Origin: Chaetodon trifascialis
Taxonomy: Eukaryota
DNA length: 64,000 bases
NCBI RefSeq assembly: GCF_039877785.1
Contig: NC_092066.1
Location: 5,251,152 to 5,315,151, forward strand
Direction: 5' to 3'
Shown: positions 11,622 through 22,616 of the stretch, one piece after another
How the letters are laid out: each line of letters opens with the position of its first letter
How positions within the stretch are numbered: the stretch's first letter is position 1
Program-made: the position numbers and the translations under genes
Notes under the pieces: model-generated
Database searches by the model: none
Told to the model about the DNA's origin: nothing
What the model saw: only the letters and a program-made list of their open reading frames with translations

Positions 11622-11814
11622 CCTCAGCATCAGAACAAGCGCTCCCCCCTGTTAAAGACATCCTGAAGGGCATCCTGAAGAAGATTCCCAAGAGCAGGCG
11701 CTTCAGACGTCTGGAGTGGGATGACGCTCCAAGGAAAAGGATCAGGGTGGCGCTCGGGGTCCCGTTTGTCTATCGACTATACCGAATGAAGAAGGCCGAG
11801 CTCATAAAGGCCAA
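11622..11814 (+). CDS. tep1: TEP1 c1 exon 11 (ASASEQALPPVKDILKGILKKIPKSRRFRRLEWDDAPRKRIRVALGVPFVYRLYRMKKAELIKA)
   Basis: tcctccag| ... CCAA|gtatgt. Confidence 0.75.
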
Positions 11815-11846
11815 GTATGTCTGATATTCTTCAGATTTACTACATT

Positions 11847-12430
11847 TTAGATAAACGCTTTTGGTGCATTTCCATTACACAGTTCCAGCTCTACTCGACT
11901 CGGTTCTGCTCTACTCTACTTGGGTTGGTTGAGTTTCCATTACAGTTGAGTACTTCATAGTACCTCCTCAACGTAGGCGGGGTCGTCATACCACGGCTGC
12001 ATGAAACTGCCATGACGTTAATTTGTACGCGACGCAAACAGAGCCGACAAACAATGGAGGACATCGAGGCGATGTTATATTCTTTCATCTGCCATCAAAC
12101 CCAGAAAAGTCTGGACCTCGTCGACGGACCACGTTGATATTTTACGAGCAGCCATTTCCCTCAGGTGAGAATAAAGAATAAAGTCAGAGGTTGCAATGGA
12201 GGGGGCGGGATTGTTTTTCCGGTGTTGGACGTCGCAGACCAGTGACGACACTCTCCGGCCAATCAGTGGCCGACAGGCTGTTGACGTCACACATATAGCA
12301 TCGCTTCTACTCGCTTGGAACCTCACCAGAGCAGGTACTAAAGATAGTATTGGGTACCAGGTACTATCCCTAATGGAAACACAAAACAACCGGGTAGAGT
12401 AGAGTCGAGTCGAGCCGCGCTAGTGGAAAT
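11847..12430. mobile_element. Non-autonomous DNA transposon (MITE-like, ~585 bp) with ~45-bp terminal inverted repeats. It is present in TEP1 copy-1 intron 11 only.
   Basis: The start gcatttccattacacagttccagctctactcgactcggttctgctctactctac is the reverse complement of the end gtagagtagagtcgagtcgagccgcgctagtggaaatgtggcat. The orthologous copy-2 intron (56289-56396) lacks it. Confidence 0.7.
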
Positions 12431-12500
12431 GTGGCATTTGTGTGCTAGTATGAAGTATACTGAGTTATAAACATAAGTGTTTCTGTGTCTGTACATTCAG

Positions 12501-12777
12501 ACAGAGGCAGTACACTGTCGCTCTGTTGGACCGCTACCGCAAAGCCCTAGAGACGGCGGTGCAGATATCCTGTCGGTACAACATTCCCCCGCTTCCTGGA
12601 CGCACTGTCATCCTGCTCTCCAGAAACATAGGGAGCGACTGGCCCCTGAAACAGGACTTCTGCCTGCCACCAGAACCCAATCAAAAAAATGAGGAGGAGG
12701 AGGAGGAGGAGGAAGGCGAGGAGTTCTGGAGGAGACAGAAGAAGAAGAAGGATGAGGATGAAAAGCTCACTCCTTCC
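12501..12777 (+). CDS. tep1: TEP1 c1 exon 12 (KQRQYTVALLDRYRKALETAVQISCRYNIPPLPGRTVILLSRNIG...EEEEEEEEGEEFWRRQKKKKDEDEKLTPS)
   Basis: cattcag| ... TCC|gtatgg. It contains a Glu run. Confidence 0.75.
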
Positions 12778-12904
12778 GTATGGGCCTGCTTTCTTCTGAT
12801 TAGCAATAACGCAAAGGGCATCAGAGTTGTCTGATTCACTTTAAAAAGGGCTGTTTTACTGCATTGCTTTTAACTCTCCTTTCCCCATTTTCACATGCTC
12901 TCAG

Positions 12905-13057
12905 CCGATGGAGGTGGCAGCTTTGCTCTCTCTGATGATTGGCAGCAGTGCGGAGGACTTTCAGCTCTTCTTAATTGATTGGAATCACAGTCAAGAAATC
13001 AAGCTGGAGTCTGATGTTCTCTTGGATAACGTCCGGACGGTGATGAAGCAAGTAAAG
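12905..13057 (+). CDS. tep1: TEP1 c1 exon 13 (PMEVAALLSLMIGSSAEDFQLFLIDWNHSQEIKLESDVLLDNVRTVMKQVK)
   Basis: gctctcag| ... AAG|gtcagg. Confidence 0.75.
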
Positions 13058-13196
13058 GTCAGGGCTTTTCAGTGATTACACAGAATTGAAGGCTTTGTCC
13101 AACTGAATTATATTTCTGTGTTGTAGAATAACAGGAGAAGTGTGGTTTGAAGGAGGTTAGTTTTTTCCTTTAGTAATGAATCCTTCTCTTTCACAG

Positions 13197-13262
13197 ACAT
13201 ATAACGACATATCATACCAAGACAGAAATTTCCTCTCTACAGTGTTCCCCAAGAAAAACAAG
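13197..13262 (+). CDS. tep1: TEP1 c1 exon 14 (TYNDISYQDRNFLSTVFPKKNK). Its donor is GC-type (AAG|gcaagt).
   Basis: ttcacag| ... AAG|gcaagt. The paralogous site in copy 2 is the canonical AAG|gtgagt. Confidence 0.6.
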
Positions 13263-13284
13263 GCAAGTTTATTTGTACATATGT

Positions 13285-16030
13285 AGTTTATGTGTTCTCT
13301 CTGGGAACCATCACCTTATCGTGGTGGAGAGGATTGTGTGTCCCAATGAACCTGAGGGCTATGTTGTCTGGAGCCTAGTGCTCCTGGTAGGGTCTCCCAT
13401 GGCAGATTGGTTTGAGGCAAGGGTCCAGACTAAGAATGGTTCATACAGACCCCATGAAAGAACAGCAACGAAGAGGTGATACCTGGCCCGGAGGATACTC
13501 ACAAATCCTTGGCTGAGTGTATCCATAGTCCTTCTGGGGGACTTCAACACACACATGGGCAACGATGGAGACACCTGAAGAGGCGTGATTGGGAGAAATG
13601 GCCCCCCTGATCTGATCCCGAGAGGTTGTTTGTTATTGGATTTCTGTGCTAGTCATGTACTGTCCATAATGAACACCATGTTCAAACATAAGGACGCTCA
13701 TAAGTGTACATGGTACCAGAGCGCCCTAGGTCGAAGGTTGATGATCGATTTCGTTATCGTATCATCTGACCTGAGGCCGCATGTTTGGACACTCGGGTGA
13801 AGAGAGGGGTGGAGTTGTCAACGGATCACCATCTGGTGGTGAGTTGGGTCCGAGGGTGGGGGAAGACTTAAGACAGACCTGGTAAACCCAAGCGTGTGGT
13901 GCGGGTGAACTGGGAACGTCTGGAGGAGGCCCCTGTGCAAGAGATCTTGAACTCATACCTCTGGCGGAGCTTTTCTGGCATCCCTGTGGAGGTTGGGGGC
14001 ATCGAACCTGAGTGGGCGATGTTCAAAGCTTCCATTGCTGAAGCTGCGGCAGAGAGATGTGGTCTAAAGGTCTTGGGTGCCTCAAGGAGCGGTAACCCTC
14101 GAACACCATGGTGGACGCCGGTGGTCAGGGAAGCCGTCCGAGTGAAGGAGTCCTTCCGGGATATGTTATCTCGAGGACTCCAGAGGCAGTTACAAGGTAC
14201 CGACAGGCCTGATGGGCAGCAGCTTCTGCCATAGGGGAGGCAAAACAGCGGGTGTGGGAGGAGTTCGGAGCAGCCATGGAGAATCACTTTTGGTCAGCAC
14301 CAAGGTGTTTCTGGAAAACTGTCTGGAACCTCAGGAGGGGGAAACAGGGAACCATCCAAGCTGTGTACCGTAAGGATGGGACACTGTTGACCTCTACGGA
14401 GGAGGTAGTCGGGCAGTGGAAGGAGCTCTTTGAGGAACTCCTGCATCAGACCGATACGCACTCTATTGTAGAGGCAGAGCTGGAAGCTGATGGGGGATCA
14501 TCATCAATTACCCTGGTGGAAGTCACTGAGGTAGTTTAACAACTCCGCAGTGGCAAAGCCCCGGGGATTGATGAGATCCGCCCAGAAATGCTGAAGGCTC
14601 TGGGTGTTGAGGGGCTGTCTTGGATGACATGTCATTGCGTGGAAGTCTGGGACAGTGCCTAGGGAGTGGCAAATTGGGGTGGTGGTCCCCTTGTTTAAAA
14701 AAGGGAACCACGGAATGTGTGCCAATCATAGGGGTATCACACTACTCAGCCTCCCTGGTAAAGTCTACTCCAAGGTGTTGGAAAGGAGGGTTCGGCCGAT
14801 AGTCGAACCTCAGATTGAAGAGGAACAATGCGGATTCCGTCCTGGCCATGGAACAACAGACCAGCTCTTTACTCTCGCAAGGATCCTGGAGGGGGCCTGG
14901 GAGTATGCCCATCCGGTCTACATGTGTTTTGTAGACTTGGAGAAGGCATATGACTGGGTCCCCTGGGAGATATTGTGGGAGGTGCTGCGGGCGCATGGGG
15001 TGAGGGGCCATCCAATCTTTATATGCCTGAAGCAAGAGCTTTGTTCGGGTACTCGGCAGGAAGTCGGACTTGTTTCCGGTGGGGGTTGGCCTCCGTCAGG
15101 GTTGTGCCTTGTCACCAATCCTGTTAGTGATATTCATGGACAGGATATCAATGCGTAGTCGGGGGGAGGAGGGATTGCAGTTCAGTGTGCTGAAGGTCTC
15201 ATCACTGCTTTTTGCAGATGCTTTTTGCAGATGATGTGGTCCTGTTGGCATCATCGGTCTGTGACCTGCGGCACTCACTGGATTGGTTCACAGCCGAGTG
15301 TGAAGCAGCTGGGATGAGGATCAGCACCTGTAAATCTGAGGCCATGGTTCTCAGCAGGAAACCGATGGATTGCCTACTCCGGGTTGGGTCCTTGCCCCAA
15401 GTGAAGGAGTTCAAGTACCTCGGGGTCTTGTTCACGACTGAGGGGACAATGGAACGTGAGATTGGTCGGAGATTCGGAGCGGGGGGGGGGGGGGGGGGGG
15501 GGGTATTGCGTTCACTCTACCGCATCGTTGTGACGAAAAGAGAGCTGAGCCAGAAGGCAAAGCTTTCGATCTATCGGTCAATCTTCGTTCCGACTCTCAC
15601 CTGTGGTCACAAGGGTTGGATCATGACGGAAAGAACTAGAGCCGAAATGGGTTTCCTGGCTGGCGTCTCCCTTAGAGATAGGGTGAGAAGCTCAATCATC
15701 TGTGAGGGACTCGGAGTAGAGCCGCTGCTCCTTTGCGTTGAAAGGAACCAGTTGAGGTGGTTCGGGCATCTGGTAAGGATGCCCCCTGGGCGCCTCCCCA
15801 GAGAGGCGTTCCAGGCACGTCCAGCTGGGAGGAGACCACGGGGAAGACCCAGGACTAGGTGGAGAGATTATATCTCCACACTGGCCTGGGAACGCCTCGG
15901 GATCCCCCAGTTGGAGCTAGTTAATGTGGCCCGGGAAAGGGAAGTTTGGGGTCCCCTGCTTAACGAGTTAATGTCAACAAAAGACTGCAGTTCTAAGGTG
16001 AAGATGATTTAAAAAAAAAAAAAAAAAAAA
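13285..16030 (+). mobile_element. 5'-truncated, degenerate LINE (apurinic-endonuclease remnant plus RT with FADD motif) ending in poly(A). It sits in TEP1 copy-1 intron 14 only.
   Basis: ORFs 13896..14234, 14252..14539, 14655..15158 and 15212..16012 carry RT motifs (GITLLSLPGKVYSKVLERR, FVDLEKAYDWVPW, LLFADDVVLLASS). Frameshifts are present. The poly(A) is at 16010-16030. Confidence 0.85.
15478..15508. repeat. Poly-G homopolymer (~31 nt) inside the LINE RT ORF
   Basis: It is translated as GGGGGGG and replaces the segment that reads IGAAATVM in the sister LINE at 54510-54540. Confidence 0.9.
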
Positions 16031-16077
16031 GTGCAGCAGAGCCTGCCTCCCTGACCTCATATGCTTTTGTGTCTCAG

Positions 16078-16199
16078 GTGGACAACATCATCATGTTGAC
16101 TGACAACTGGATCCCTAATGGTCTCGAGTGGGTCATCAGAAACTACAAGCAGGATGTCAACAACAAAGCCCTCGTTGTGCATATCTTCCTGTCTGCGCG
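16078..16199 (+). CDS. tep1: TEP1 c1 exon 15 (VDNIIMLTDNWIPNGLEWVIRNYKQDVNNKALVVHIFLSA)
   Basis: gtctcag| ... CG|gtaatg. It lies just downstream of the LINE poly(A). Confidence 0.75.
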
Positions 16200-16414
16200 G
16201 TAATGCTTCAATCTACTGCTGTAGCTGCCATTACTGCTACACCTTACATTGTATCTTCTATTGGGAAGCTCAGGTTGCGCTCAGACAAATCACAGTGACT
16301 GACGAACTTAAACATTAAACAGAACACTCATTCAGCATAGACAGGCAAGTAGCTAGTTTCTGTTTCCCTTCTTGTTTCTAAATTATCCTGAATGCTTGTG
16401 TTGTTGTCTCACAG

Positions 16415-16480
16415 AGAGCCAGAGTATCTCCCTGACAGCAACCATGTGCAACTGGCAGGCTTCAGTGAACAAATGCTGAG
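16415..16480 (+). CDS. tep1: TEP1 c1 exon 16 (REPEYLPDSNHVQLAGFSEQML)
   Basis: tctcacag| ... GAG|gtaaaa. Confidence 0.7.
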
Positions 16481-17041
16481 GTAAAAAAACAGATTTCAAC
16501 AAGTTGTAGAAATGGAAGAATCGTGCTTGAAAACAAACCTTGGCTTTCTGTTTATGATATGCTGTATTGATAATTGGAGGAACTTACTCATTTATTGTTT
16601 CAAAGAATTCAACATTTTGGGAAATGTGCTTATTTGCATGCTTGTATCCGTCTGTTAAATATGAAGCACAAAGACAGGAAAACTGCCAGCCTGGCTCAGT
16701 TTGAAGGTTAAAACCTACCAGCACCTCTACAGCTCATTAATTGTTATGTATTTTTTTGTTTAATGCAAACAAAAAGTAAAGCATGATAACCATCAAGAAG
16801 TCACCGGTCCTGGCCGAGACCTAGTCCAGCACATAAACCCATTAAAAAGGCAATTTGTCTTTTTTACACTTCCAATTTTGCACAAATTAAGCAAATAGAG
16901 ATTAGTGTTAATTAGTGAGCTTTAAAGGCACTGGCAGGTGAATTTTGGTACCTTTTGTTAGGCTCTGTTTCCAGTCTCTATGCTAAATACCACCTGCTAT
17001 AGATCCCACAATCTGGAACTATTTCTTTGACTGTGTATCAG

Positions 17042-17185
17042 GTTTGTGGCAGAACGAGGATCATCCAGGCTGCTGGACCATGTGGAGCACTTAGACAAAC
17101 TGTACAACATCCCACCACCAGAGGGAGCCAAAGCCCCTCAGGTCACCAGCAATGTTGAGCCAATACCAGCCACTCCTAAATTAAG
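17042..17185 (+). CDS. tep1: TEP1 c1 exon 17 (RFVAERGSSRLLDHVEHLDKLYNIPPPEGAKAPQVTSNVEPIPATPKL)
   Basis: gtatcag| ... TAAG|gtaatt. Confidence 0.7.
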
Positions 17186-17293
17186 GTAATTTTTATGTCA
17201 AAGAAGCAGTTCTGGGCAGTCTTATAACTTGAAGATCTGCCGTCCAAGTGTACTTTTTCCTGCCTTTTCCTCAACGCCTTTCTCTGCCCTCAG

Positions 17294-17585
17294 GTGGCGA
17301 GGCATACGTGTGTTCATCTCCTCCACCTTCAGAGACATGCACGCCGAGCGCGACATCCTGGTGCAGAGCGTGTTCCCGCAGCTGCGGCGTCGCGCTGCAT
17401 CACACTGCCTCTACCTGCAGGAGGTGGAGCTGCGTTGGGGTGTGACGGAGGAGGAGTCGGGGCGGGCCGCCGAGCTGTGCCTGTCAGAGGTGTGTCGCAG
17501 CCAGATGTTGGTAGGAATCCTTGGGGAGAGGTACGGCCTGGTGACTCCCAAACCTGCCCTCCCTGACTTGCCGCAGCACAGCTGG
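17294..17585 (+). CDS. tep1: TEP1 c1 exon 18 (RWRGIRVFISSTFRDMHAERDILVQSVFPQLRRRAASHCLYLQEVELRWGVTEEESGRAAELCLSEVCRSQMLVGILGERYG..., DUF4062)
   Basis: ccctcag| ... TGG|gtaaga. It matches ORF 17229..17615. Confidence 0.85.
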
Positions 17586-18113
17586 GTAAGACTTGACACC
17601 ATGAAGCAGAATTAATAAGTAGAGCTGTGTACACAATGTACTCACTGCTGCTTAGATATATAAATGAAGTACTGATGCTTTATTCAAGATGATTAACAAA
17701 AGAAAAATGAATTGATCGCAATCCTAAAGGGACATTTAATAATCTGATATTTACAGATCTCAACCTGCGACCATCAGCATTCAAGTTTGTTGAATGTAAT
17801 TATTTTAATGCAGGTCTTTGTCACTGAAATGCTTTGTGAAACTAGTTAGCTGTTGCATCATAGATCAGTTGAAAATGAGGGGAAATACAAGTACAAATCG
17901 GAAAAATTGTCATTTAAAGGTAGAAATGTCAGAGACTAGTGAAGTAACTGTTCCGTCATTGTTGATGGTGAACAGGTATTTAGGTGATTTTGTGGTACAG
18001 AGAAAGAAAACTCAAACTGCCTTTAGTACCTTAAAGAGAAATGATGAAAATAAATGTCAGTTTGAATTTGAAATATTCTTCAGAGTACTGACAGAAGTAT
18101 GATTTGTGTGCAG

Positions 18114-18235
18114 CTTGCCTCGGCGCCGGCGGGCCTGTCCATCACCGAGCTGGAGATCCGTCAGTTCCAGGCTCTTTACCCCGACACAGCCCACCAGCGA
18201 ATGTTCTGCTACTTCAGAGACCCAAACATCATCAA
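18114..18235 (+). CDS. tep1: TEP1 c1 exon 19 (LASAPAGLSITELEIRQFQALYPDTAHQRMFCYFRDPNII)
   Basis: gtgtgcag| ... AA|gtacgc (weak donor). Confidence 0.65.
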
Positions 18236-18424
18236 GTACGCCATGAAGTTTTCTCTTATGCATTTTAAGTTTAAATGAACGAGTCATTTAAATATATTAC
18301 TAACTCCTTCAGATTCGTCCCATTATGTTGAGATGAGGTTTTTGTACAGTATTTGTGATTCCATAAGTTGACAATACAAACAGTTTGCTGGTATTTGAAG
18401 TTTTCATTTCACTGTCCTCCTCAG

Positions 18425-18538
18425 ATCAGTTCCAGTGTCTTGGAAGTCCGACTTTGCCACTGAATCAAAGGAGGCTGAGTCTAAAATGGCCTCTCTGAAG
18501 ACAATGATCCGGACCAGTGAAGTCAAGGTCACTGAAAA
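18425..18538 (+). CDS. tep1: TEP1 c1 exon 20 (KSVPVSWKSDFATESKEAESKMASLKTMIRTSEVKVTE)
   Basis: tcctcag| ... AAAA|gtgagt. Confidence 0.7.
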
Positions 18539-18708
18539 GTGAGTCCTCGTGGTCATGATTCTCCTTCACTGAAGCTGTGGCACTAAAACAGTAGTTCACT
18601 ACACCTTTAGTCTGTTTTCAGACTGCAGGCATGAATCTAGCTTTTTTCTTTTGCTCATATGTGACTAAGTGACTTAGCTGAGGCTTCTTGTCTGTGTTTC
18701 TGCCACAG

Positions 18709-18826
18709 TTACTCGTGTGCCTGGGGAGGCGTTGTGGACGGGAAACCCTATCTGAAAAACCTGGAGGACTTTGGCAAAGCCGTGCTGGTCGACCTGTGGA
18801 CGGCTATAGTAAAGCAGTTTGTGGAG
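18709..18826 (+). CDS. tep1: TEP1 c1 exon 21 (NYSCAWGGVVDGKPYLKNLEDFGKAVLVDLWTAIVKQFVE)
   Basis: ccacag| ... GAG|gttagt. Confidence 0.75.
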
Positions 18827-19131
18827 GTTAGTTGTGGTGGAGGAAGTATGGAAATCATGTACTGAAGAAAACATAGCAATACCACACTTCAAAAATACTC
18901 CTTTACAAGTCCTGCATTCAAAATTTTAACAAAAGCATGAAAGTATAAAAGTGTTTAATTGATATCGATATTTTATTTGTACAATATTTGAGTGTAGTGG
19001 AGTAAAAGTTTAGATACAGCAGATAACTTAGAACAGAAATGCGCAAAATTCTACTGCACTTGAGTAAATGTACTTAGTTACTTTCCACCACTGCTGGAAA
19101 CAACTAGAAATGACAAAAATTGCAGACACAG

Positions 19132-19371
19132 CTAACAAACAGTAGATTACGAATGAACGCCACTTTATTCTCCATGCTGAAGGAGGACAAGGAGGCCGAA
19201 GCTGTGTCTAATGTGACTGAGCAGGAGGTGCAGCAGGGGGCGCTGCAGAGGCAGTTCTTCGGCAGGGCAAAGGTGATGGCCGGGGCGGTTGCGATTGTGG
19301 AGCTGAGCCAGACCAAAGGAGGGATGATGGTGGTGGAGGGCGGACCTGGAGAGGGAAAAACAGTCTTCATG
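19132..19371 (+). CDS. tep1: TEP1 c1 exon 22 (LTNSRLRMNATLFSMLKEDKEAEAVSNVTEQEVQQGALQRQFFGRAKVMAGAVAIVELSQTKGGMMVVEGGPGEGKTVFM, NACHT Walker A)
   Basis: Acceptor acacag| (conserved in copy 2) and donor ATG|gtaaat. An alternative acceptor lies 6 nt upstream at ttgcag|. Confidence 0.7.
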
Positions 19372-19658
19372 GTAAATTTCTATTTTATTAGCATTTCATT
19401 AATAAATGTGCCAGTAGTTTCCTGCTTTAATTGATTAGTCATTTGCTCTCTTGGAAATGTCAGTAAATTATTAAAAACTATTTGTTTCAGTTTCTCAGAT
19501 GACAAAAGGCAAAAATTCAATTTATGACGATATTAAACCAAGAAAATAGCAAATCCTCACATTGGAGACGGTGGAAGCAGAAACGTTTTAGCACTTATGT
19601 GCAAGAAAGTGTGTAAAACATGAGCGAGTGGGAAACATATTTATCTCTCTCCATACAG

Positions 19659-19846
19659 GCCGCTTTCGCAGACACGCTCAGGACTGGAGTTAAATCCAAG
19701 ACAAACCTTGTCTGTGATGTCATCTCCTACTCTACAGCTGCCAGCCAATCAGCACGCTCTGTGGAAAACCTGCTTCGATGCCTTGTTCAGTGGCTGAGGA
19801 AGATGAAAGATACTGAGGAGGAATCGCCTCTTCCCCATTCTTACAA
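19659..19846 (+). CDS. tep1: TEP1 c1 exon 23 (AAFADTLRTGVKSKTNLVCDVISYSTAASQSARSVENLLRCLVQWLRKMKDTEEESPLPHSY)
   Basis: atacag| ... AA|gtagcg. Confidence 0.75.
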
Positions 19847-19952
19847 GTAGCGTTTGAGTTTGAATCCTTACAGTGGTTCAGATTTACAGGAACGTCATTT
19901 TATCTGTACACTCAGTCGTGATTCCCTTTCCTGTAATTACTTGTGATCACAG

Positions 19953-20091
19953 AGATTTGCTGTTAGAGTTTCACTCCAGTTTGAGCGACGTGAAGAAAAA
20001 GCCTCTGGTGCTGCTGGTTGATGGGGTGGATCTTGTCCGAGACGGCAGAGGTCAGCTCAGCTGTGACTGGATACCAGAGCAGCTTCCACAG
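19953..20091 (+). CDS. tep1: TEP1 c1 exon 24 (KDLLLEFHSSLSDVKKKPLVLLVDGVDLVRDGRGQLSCDWIPEQLPQ, NACHT Walker B)
   Basis: atcacag| ... CAG|gtgagt. Confidence 0.8.
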
Positions 20092-20254
20092 GTGAGTTAC
20101 CTGCATAGAAAACTGAGGGAAAACACACCTGAGGTGAGGTCCACAGCATGGTTTGGATGCAGGACAAAAATTTGGTTAAAATTTTGTGTATTACGGTTGA
20201 ATTTTTAGGGATTTCTCTGCAACAGTAAAACTGAGATTCTCTTTTTCTTGCCAG

Positions 20255-20434
20255 GGTGTTTGTTTGGTATTGAGCGTCACATCCAAAGCGCCGCTGTTAC
20301 AAACCTTGGCCAAGAAGAGGAGCACTGTCCTGTTTTCCCTGGGACAGCTCACCATGCCGGACCGGAAGGAGATAGTTCAGAAGGGACTCGACGAGTTTGG
20401 GAAGAAACTCAGCGACTCTGCGTTCAACAACCAG
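20255..20434 (+). CDS. tep1: TEP1 c1 exon 25 (GVCLVLSVTSKAPLLQTLAKKRSTVLFSLGQLTMPDRKEIVQKGLDEFGKKLSDSAFNNQ)
   Basis: ttgccag| ... CAG|gttctt. Confidence 0.8.
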
Positions 20435-20519
20435 GTTCTTCTTATTTGTGTTTTGCTCTGTATTCATCACGGTGTTGAATTCATCTTTTATCCTAAAACT
20501 ATACTGTCTGCTTCTCCAG

Positions 20520-20612
20520 CTCCAGACGCTGATAATGAATAAGGGAGCAGTGAGTCCTCTGTACCTGCACCTGGCCTGTGAGGACCTGAGGAACTTCGCA
20601 ACCTTTGACAAG
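20520..20612 (+). CDS. tep1: TEP1 c1 exon 26 (LQTLIMNKGAVSPLYLHLACEDLRNFATFDK)
   Basis: tctccag| ... AAG|gtttaa. Confidence 0.8.
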
Positions 20613-21114
20613 GTTTAATATCACTTTTTCCAGTCACTTCCACAATGATGGTGGTTTTTCCAGTGTCAGCTGCAGCAGAGCTTTGTGTTGGGTGGATGCT
20701 GACAAGGATCCATGCTCATATTAGCATGTTAACACACTCATGATGATGATAGCACAGCCCAGTTAATTAGAAAATGATTGCATTCTGTTACACAGCGTCC
20801 CAACGTTTTTTGAGTCAGGGTTGTATGATGATGTTTAGCAGGTATAGCCTGTTAGCATGCTGACATTACCCATTTAGCACTATACACAAAGCATAGCTGA
20901 GGCTGATGGGAATGCCTCAGTTTTGCAGGTGTTTGATCACAAACCAAACTATTGGACACATTTTGACACAAAGATGCTGGCAAATGGGCAAATGGTGCTA
21001 ATCTTGATCATTTCATTGAAATATTTGACCACCCTGCTGCCAGTTTAACTGGTGCATGTACATGACTATCAACATCTTGATAGAAGCAAGGATTTTAATG
21101 TCCTCTTGTCTTAG

Positions 21115-21250
21115 TTGAAGGAGAGCCTCCAGGAGCTGCCTCATTCTCTGGGCCAGTTGGTGCAATACAGCCTGAACAAACTCTGCTCACAGTACAGAGG
21201 TATGCTGGGACTCCGCTGGGCCCTGGCAGCACTCACTGTCAGCACCACGG
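21115..21250 (+). CDS. tep1: TEP1 c1 exon 27 (LKESLQELPHSLGQLVQYSLNKLCSQYRGMLGLRWALAALTVSTT)
   Basis: tcttag| ... ACGG|gtaaga. Confidence 0.75.
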
Positions 21251-21404
21251 GTAAGAGGTTTTATAGAAGTTTTAGCATTGTTTTTAAATTTTCTAAAGGG
21301 CTAGATATGGTAAATAGACAGCTAATGCAACACAGAGGGGAAAGGGATGTTATCAAACGACATTATCTTCGGTCGTCTCAACATTTTCTCCTCTTGGTCG
21401 ACAG

Positions 21405-21564
21405 GCATGCGGGAGAGAGACTTGTACTCTGTACTGAACACGTGCAGTGACCTCTCCTCAAGGGACGCTCAGGTCACATGGCAGGAAGTACTGTGTCTGT
21501 CCAGGAAGCCAGAAGCACGCATTCCCATGGCAGCTTTCACTCGTATAGTTCAGAGTTTAAAAAG
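21405..21564 (+). CDS. tep1: TEP1 c1 exon 28 (GMRERDLYSVLNTCSDLSSRDAQVTWQEVLCLSRKPEARIPMAAFTRIVQSLK)
   Basis: cgacag| ... AAAG|gtattg. Confidence 0.75.
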
Positions 21565-21798
21565 GTATTGAAATTGGAAAAATCCCAGTATTGTTGCACC
21601 TAGATGAATACACTTAATCCTCAATATTTGACCATTTTGACCAAAAGGCTCCATACTGATGGTGTGCTTTTAGATTTCCTCCATGTTTGAAGGATACACA
21701 GTATGGAGAAAACATCCTGTTTAGATTTAATGTAAAATTATGGACAATAATCCTAAAGGAGGAAGTGTTATTTAACCTAATTGGAATCTTTTCTGCAG

Positions 21799-21932
21799 CC
21801 TGATTGGTCTGTCTCATTGCCACAACACTGACGACTTACTAGTTCTAACCAATCCAGAGGTGAGGAAGGCCTTTGAGGACTTCCTCCTTCCAACAGAAAG
21901 TGACAGAACCAGAGCTCACCTTGTACTGGCAG
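21799..21932 (+). CDS. tep1: TEP1 c1 exon 29 (SLIGLSHCHNTDDLLVLTNPEVRKAFEDFLLPTESDRTRAHLVLA)
   Basis: tctgcag| ... GCAG|gtaaag. Confidence 0.75.
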
Positions 21933-22028
21933 GTAAAGTACACACAGTCTCTTTCAATACAACCTAAGTAAGTCTTGGTCACCGTATATATATTTTAACT
22001 AGTATCACTGTGCTGTCTCTTCATATAG

Positions 22029-22117
22029 CTCATCTGTGGGCCCTTGCTGACCAGTGGGGCACAGATACCTTCCTTCACTGTGAGGCCAACTCTGTCAAGC
22101 ACCTTCCCTCCACCCTG
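22029..22117 (+). CDS. tep1: TEP1 c1 exon 30 (AHLWALADQWGTDTFLHCEANSVKHLPSTL)
   Basis: tcatatag| ... CTG|gtcagt. Confidence 0.7.
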
Positions 22118-22616
22118 GTCAGTTATCTCCCGTCATCACACATAATATAAAAGCAACACAAAATGAGCAACAGTACTTTGTTACTTTGAGGTACAAACTA
22201 TATAAATTCACCAATAAACTCTCATTTGTCAGTTCTTAAAAAACTTTGCAATAGAGAAGCAATCAGCTGCACACTGACCTTCACGTGTACTCGCTTTATT
22301 TAATCAAAGGTTCAGTTTCCTCGGCCTTCATCAGGTACGACTCCACTGAAGTTTTAATTAAATCTCACCTACCTACTCTCACTTTCTGGTTCCTTATCAT
22401 GTCCTACACATCCGTCATCACAGACAGAATTGGAAAATTTTCCTTTCAATATAATCACATTAAAACATGTTTGTCAAGCTCTTGAATGTGTTTGAATATT
22501 GCTTAGTGCCATATGAAATGCTTCTCTTACATCCTCGTTGAAGGAATCCTCCAGAGAACCACAGTTATTCATGATGTTTACTTTAGACTTCAACTCCTTT
22601 ATTTGGCTTTGTTCAG

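Noticed and set aside
12090-12420. CpG-rich stretch with an ORF fragment (MEDIEAMLYSFICHQTQKSL...) as a possible small gene or promoter
   Set aside because: It lies wholly inside the TIR-bounded MITE insertion (11847-12430) that is absent from copy 2. It is most likely transposon-internal sequence.
14655-16012. Long plus-strand ORFs (167 aa, 266 aa) that could be mistaken for host coding exons
   Set aside because: They encode LINE reverse-transcriptase motifs (FVDLEKAYD, FADDVVLL), are full of frameshifts, end in poly(A), and are absent from the paralogous intron.
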